A DNA stretch of 64,000 bases. It comes from Eledone cirrhosa (Eukaryota). Below the pieces are notes generated by a model, which was not told where the DNA came from, did no database searches, and saw only the letters and a program-made list of their open reading frames with translations. Positions 58,272 to 64,000 of this stretch are shown piece by piece (position 1 is the first letter of the stretch; each line of letters opens with the position of its first letter). The translations under genes and the position numbers were made by a program. The stretch lies in the NCBI GenBank assembly GCA_964016885.1, contig OZ024742.1, positions 46,252,001-46,316,000 on the forward strand. Direction: 5' to 3'.

Positions 58272-58450
58272 CGAAAGGAAGAGATATAGAGGAAGAATCG
58301 AATCTAGTACAGGACTGATACTTCTTTTATCGACCTCGAAAGGATGAAAGACAAAGCTGACATCAACGGGATTTGAACTCAGAATGCAGAGCTCCAGAAC
58401 GAAATTTGCAATGCATTCTCTCTGACATTCTAACGACTTTGCCAATTTGC
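58100..58450 (-). mobile_element. tRNA-derived SINE with internal (GA)n, same family as 690-1000
   Basis: Colinear similarity with 690-1000, and gagttcaaatccc B box on the minus strand. Confidence 0.75.
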
Positions 58451-58464
58451 CTTATGGTACTTTA

Positions 58465-58768
58465 TTTAGAATTAACTGGACAGCTCACAGAACAAATGAA
58501 TTTGTCCTGAAAGAGATTGGTGCCAATCGACAGTTGGTTGAAACAGTAAGGAAAAGGAAATTTTTGACTACTCACATCCTTGAGGGATGAATACAGGGGA
58601 AAAGGGTCAGGGGAAAAGGAGATGGGCAGATGATATTAAGGAAAGGACAGAAAGGAGTTTAGCAGAATGTACGGCAATGGCAAGAGACAGGAAAAGATGG
58701 GGAGTGCTGGTCCATAAGTCCAAGACCCCCCACCCTCACGCATGAGGATGGGATGAGAAGGAAGAAAG
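58465..58768 (+). mobile_element. RTE LINE 3' fragment, internally deleted
   Basis: RINWTAHRTNEFVLKEIG...ILEG*IQGKRVRG / RWADDIKE...ARDRKRW, then a 3' hairpin cctca-cgca-tgagg. Confidence 0.75.
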
Positions 58769-60346
58769 ACTTTAATTATTCACTCTAAAAAGGATGAACA
58801 GCAAAGTAAATTTCGATCGAATTTTAACTGAGAGCATTGCGAACTGAAACAAAACCCAGACACCTACATTGTAACGACTGTTGATAACTTATATATTAGG
58901 TATTTTATGGACCTAATGAAAATCTAACTAGAAAGATACTGTGACTATGTATATTTTACAATCTTAGTTTATGTTTAACATAAAGAGTATATTTTAAAAA
59001 TGTTTATTGCACGGTTATCTCACTCTAGTCTTATAGGATTATTATCTTCATGGTTTTTCTTTAGAAATCCATTTTAAAAACACGAACAGCATGATAGTAA
59101 TTGGCTTAATTCTTTAAAGCTAAATCTTCAAATTCTTAGTAAAGAAGATGAGCAAAATTCTTTGAAAAAAATGTTTTTAAGAATTTTATACGCAAAATAT
59201 GTTATTAGTTTTCAGTATAAAATGTCTTTTGTCTTGTTACCTGATTGTAATTGACGAAAAATATCAAATATGGGGATATTTTAGTAGTAACTTAGTTATG
59301 GTCAAAATTAGTTTAGTAAAAATGTAAAATGTAATATGCACAATGTAAATGCACAATTTAGAAAGAGGATCATTATTCACATTGTCAGAAAACCTTTACA
59401 ATGTCTCTTTAACAACCCACTCACACCTTAAAAATCAGTCATGAAGCCGGCTTTTAAAATTCAATGACAGATGAATCTTATCTTTTGTTTAAAACAACTT
59501 TGAAATAAAATGAGAAAAAAAATATCCCCCCCCCCCCCCCCAGGGGAATACGAGAACAGAAATTTGACTGAAAGAAAAAAAATTTATAAAAGTAATTTTC
59601 CAACTTGGTTGATCTACGAATTCTTCTGTTTTAAATAGAAAATGAATTAGAATAAAACATGTTAACAGGGGATCCTATATGCGGTTGTTGGAACTGCTAG
59701 AAATAGCAGCCAAATGCACATTAAAGTTCACTATATTGTTTTAAATGAAGGAAAACGATTTTGAATAATATCATCCACTGCTTCAGAAAAAGAAAGAAAT
59801 AGAGAATTATCTCGACTATTCCAATTTTTAATCATAGTTCTGCTAGATTAGAACTGGGCCCTAGGCGTGTGGGTACTAAACATCTAATTGACACCGGAAT
59901 AAAAAGATAGATAACACTATAATTAAGAAATATAAACACAACATATGTTTATATAGGTGAGTGCTCCCATCAGATAGATCTTACAAGTTTCAATGACTTT
60001 ATCAATATTATCAATATTGTCAATATAAATAAATATCAATATTATAAATATTACCAATTTTATCACAGTAGAGAATCTTACCAGTTTCAATGATTTTATC
60101 AATATTGACACAATTTAAACATTTGATGAGAAGATCAAATATTTTAAACCCTTATGATACTAAACAGCCAGAAACCGCTTCTGTTTTATGAACCCAAGCT
60201 GTTTATTTTAAAATGTTAATATTTATCTAAAAACTTAATAATTAAAATGGTAGTTATTTAGTTATATTATTAAATCCCCCAATAAATATATGTTGGGTAT
60301 GAAAAGATACCTTGCTAAAATAATTAAAACCTGAATGGTGTCAGGT

Positions 60347-60997
<651 letters not shown>

Positions 60998-61323
60998 AAG
61001 GTATAAATTGAGTTACGAACTCAACATAGTCTCTTACAATAAAATAGCTCTAAGAAAGAGATATTTCTGAGCCGTATATTAATAGAGTATAAAAGAAAAA
61101 CGAACGCAGACATATATATATGTGTTCAAATCGTAAGGGACCTGATTCGCTAAGGTGAAAAGAATACTAACTATAGACAATAGGGTTCGCTTGTCTCAAT
61201 TTAAGAAAAAATTAAGAAAATAAATACAAACCGGAATTGTGGTAACTACCAATTATATAACTATATATATATATAATTATACATACACACACACACATGT
61301 GTATACTTTGTATTTACTCTTTA

Positions 61324-61369
61324 TGCTCTGAAGAGTCCCACTTCTAGTGTGGACGAAACACTGTTAGCA
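61324..61369 (+). ncRNA. Minimal type I hammerhead ribozyme
   Basis: UGCU CUGAAGA GUCC-CAC-UUCUA-GUG-U-GGAC GAAAC ACU GUU AGCA, with an intact core and canonical G-C closing of stem II. Confidence 0.8.
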
Positions 61370-61565
61370 ATTAAAGATATACCTATGTTCTAAGCGCTCT
61401 TTGTTGTTAATTGTATTACGGCTCTGTCCTCTGACATTGAGCTAACCATATACTGCCTATTTGATAAGTGGAGTGTTACACACTCCCAATTCTCTCCCTT
61501 ATATATATATATACATGTATGTATGTATGTATGTATGTATGTATGTATGTATGTATGTATGTATG

Positions 61566-62172
61566 TCAGGTCACCAGTTGGTGCTACTGGTAACATGTAT
61601 CCCAGTACAACCTGTCTCATGGTCGGGTCGTTGGCGACTAAACTGGCAACCCCACCAAGGTTTCTTGGTGAGGAGGGTGACTTTGGACATCCTGCAGGAC
61701 TAAAAACAAAACCTGTCAAAGGACAAAGGACCTCTTAAGAGTCAATGGCCATCCAAAATCACCGGGAGAGATGACCCCTTAGCCTTTGTAAAGGCAGAAT
61801 TCCAGGAGAAGGAAAACTCTGATATAACACCTGCAGCCCTGATGGTATCCAATGATGTTGACTTGTTCTTCTTTTTGGTAAATATCATCTAGGTTAAGAG
61901 AGTGGGACTGGCTTTGTGCAGTGCCTTTGCTCACTATAAAAGCTTCACGGCACAGGCATTGCTTTATATCTGTAGATCTCTCTGCACTTGTCGTCACATG
62001 GTACCATGGGCCCAGCACTATGTGTCAATAATTGTCACAAGTGTAGTGTTTGTACCAGAGTTTTCAAGTCGCTGGCTGGACTAAAAAGTCACACTCGTTC
62101 AGCATATCGGTAGGGGTTCTCCTACATGGATATAAAGTAATGGCCGTACTCGAAAACGAGTTGGCAGCCACC
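61566..62172 (+). mobile_element. Non-autonomous RTE-derived retroposon, copy 3
   Basis: Near-identical to 6185-6791 and flanked by (TATG)n. Confidence 0.85.
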
Positions 62173-62189
62173 ATGTATGTATGTATGTT

Positions 62190-62897
62190 ACCTCTTTCTC
62201 TTAATTTCGAGTATATTTTTTTGACCGGCCACCTTCCTGGTGGCAAGGTTGTAAAAGAAAAGAAATTGTCATCCTTTGAATCGCAGGAATGTTTTGCAAA
62301 TTTTAAAGGTGCCAGCTATCGCAGCCATTTGTACACTATGAATTAGGGAACTGCGCTTTTTGTCCGCAAATCCAAGTTCAGTCATACTTTGGTCCAAGCG
62401 GGTTGGTATATAACCCGTAGCTCCAATAATGATGGGTATGAAGCTAAAGGTGTATCTTGGATACTGGATTTGTAAACTCCTCATCAATGGTCCGTAGATG
62501 TCCTCTTCTCCTGTATTTTTCTGACAACGTTTACATCAAGTGGGCAGCTGATCTCCACAACAGAACACGTTTTCAATGTGTGGTCCCAAACAACAATATC
62601 AGGCCGGTTGTGCTTTAATTTGGTGGCAGTTTTTATTTTCAGGTTCCATCAGTATTCCTTAGTGCCATCTGTCTCAATATATTCTTCCTCGTTTGTTGTT
62701 AAGTTTGTTTTCCGAAGTGCGTTCCAGATGGTTCTAGCTATCCCATCGTGTCTCATGGGGAGGTAGTAGCGAGATGACATTCTTTCGCAGCTGGCAACAA
62801 TGTGGCTTACATCCTCGATCTTTGTTTTACATAGCCTACTTTTATTGTCAGCTGCTGGCCTTCCTCTTTTGTGCAGCAGATATTTGGTAGGGAGTTA
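62190..62897 (-). mobile_element. 3' fragment of an R4/Dong-like RLE non-LTR retrotransposon
   Basis: Minus strand: SRLCKTKIEDVSHIVASC (degenerate CCHC knuckle), RHD, HNRPDIVVWD, VEISCP, IPIIIGATG. Contains a stop and a frameshift. Confidence 0.8.
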
Positions 62898-62905
62898 TTT
62901 GGTAG

Positions 62906-63291
62906 TGTCAAGGCAGAATTCTAGGAGAAGGAAAACTCTGATATAACACCTGCAACCCTGATGGTATCCAATGATGTTGACTTGTTCTTCTTTTTGGTAA
63001 ATATCATCTTGGTTAAGAGAGTGGGACTGGCTTTGTGCAGTGCCTTTGCTCACTATAAAAGCTTCACGGCACAGGCATTGCTTTATATCTGGAGATCTCT
63101 CTGCACTTGCCGTCACATGGTACCATGGGCCCAGCACTATGTGTCAATAATTGTCACAGGTGTAGTGTTTGTACCAGAGTTTTCAAGTCGCTGACTGGAC
63201 TAAAAAGTCACACTCGTTCAGCGCATCGGTAGGGGTTCTCCTACATGGATATAAAGTAGTGGCCGTACTCGAAAACGAGTTGGCAGCCACC
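62906..63291 (+). mobile_element. Non-autonomous RTE-derived retroposon, copy 4 (5'-truncated)
   Basis: Matches the 3' ~385 bp of copy 1 and ends in (TATG)n. Confidence 0.85.
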
Positions 63292-63327
63292 ATGTATGTA
63301 TGTATGTATGTATGCTTGTATGTTATG

Positions 63328-63882
63328 TCAGGTCGGCTTCAGCGCTACAGGTAATATGTAACCGACTACAACTGCATGGCCGGATCGGCAGTGACCTAAC
63401 CGGCAACCCCGCCAAGATTGTTTGGCGTGGAAGTTGATTTTGGACACCCTGGAGGATGAAAAACATAAGCATTCAAAGGGCGGAGGAACTCAGGAGAGTT
63501 AACGCCCATCCAATAAAGGATTTTCTTTTGGAGCGGGAGACTCCTAGTCTACATTAAGACAGCTCTCTAGGAGAAGGTCACTCTGATATAGAACCTGCGA
63601 CTTTATTTGCATCTAATGATGTAGTCCTGTTCTACTTTTTAGGTAAATGCATTTGCTGTTCAGAGAGTGGGATTGGCCCCTTGCAAAGACTTTCCTCACT
63701 TAAAAAAGCTTCAAGCGCAGGCATTGCTTGATATGTGACATATATTTGCAGTTCATGGCATTGCCCACCAAAGGCAAGTTCCTACCAGTACTAAAAAGCC
63801 ACATCTGTGATGCAGATGTTTAAGTATCAAGCGATGGCATTATTCGAAAGAGATGGCATTATTCGAAGAGAGTTGCAACCAT
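63328..63882 (+). mobile_element. Diverged sister family of the RTE-derived retroposon
   Basis: Colinear motifs tcaggtc, tttggaca, tcaaagggcg, ctaggagaagg, actctgatata, gagagtggga, caggcattgct and ctaaaaagccac. Ends in (TATG)n. Confidence 0.75.
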
Positions 63883-64000
63883 CTTGTATGTATGTATGTT
63901 CTTCTGGTTTTATAATTTCACAAATTTTTTTCCCAATAGAGAGAGAGTCGGTTTCTAACATAGACACGACTCTCTCATTGGAATTTACACAACATCAACT

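Overview
This is eukaryotic, AT-rich, repeat-dominated genomic DNA, not prokaryotic. The tRNA-derived SINEs resemble, from memory, an Octopus family, so a cephalopod origin is likely but unverified. No host protein-coding exon could be supported, and almost all ORFs in the track are microsatellite artefacts. Main contents: (1) a ~33 kb A/C-rich minisatellite (8.7-42.1 kb) with ~2.6 kb and ~4.85 kb higher-order repeats, carrying 3' fragments of CRE-clade retrotransposons near both ends; (2) a near full-length CR1-type LINE (PHD ORF1, APE-RT ORF2) with a G_GGA_AAC -1 slippery site at the ORF1/ORF2 junction; (3) four close copies and one diverged copy of a ~607 bp non-autonomous RTE-derived element with a covarying structured 5' end and a small C2H2 zinc-finger ORF; (4) RTE, R4/Dong-like and SINE fragments. 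The most interesting signal is a set of minimal type I hammerhead ribozyme motifs of the Penelope-like kind, mostly in head-to-head inverted repeats beside microsatellites. One (56606-56729, minus strand) has an intact core and a ~75 nt two-hairpin insertion capping stem II.
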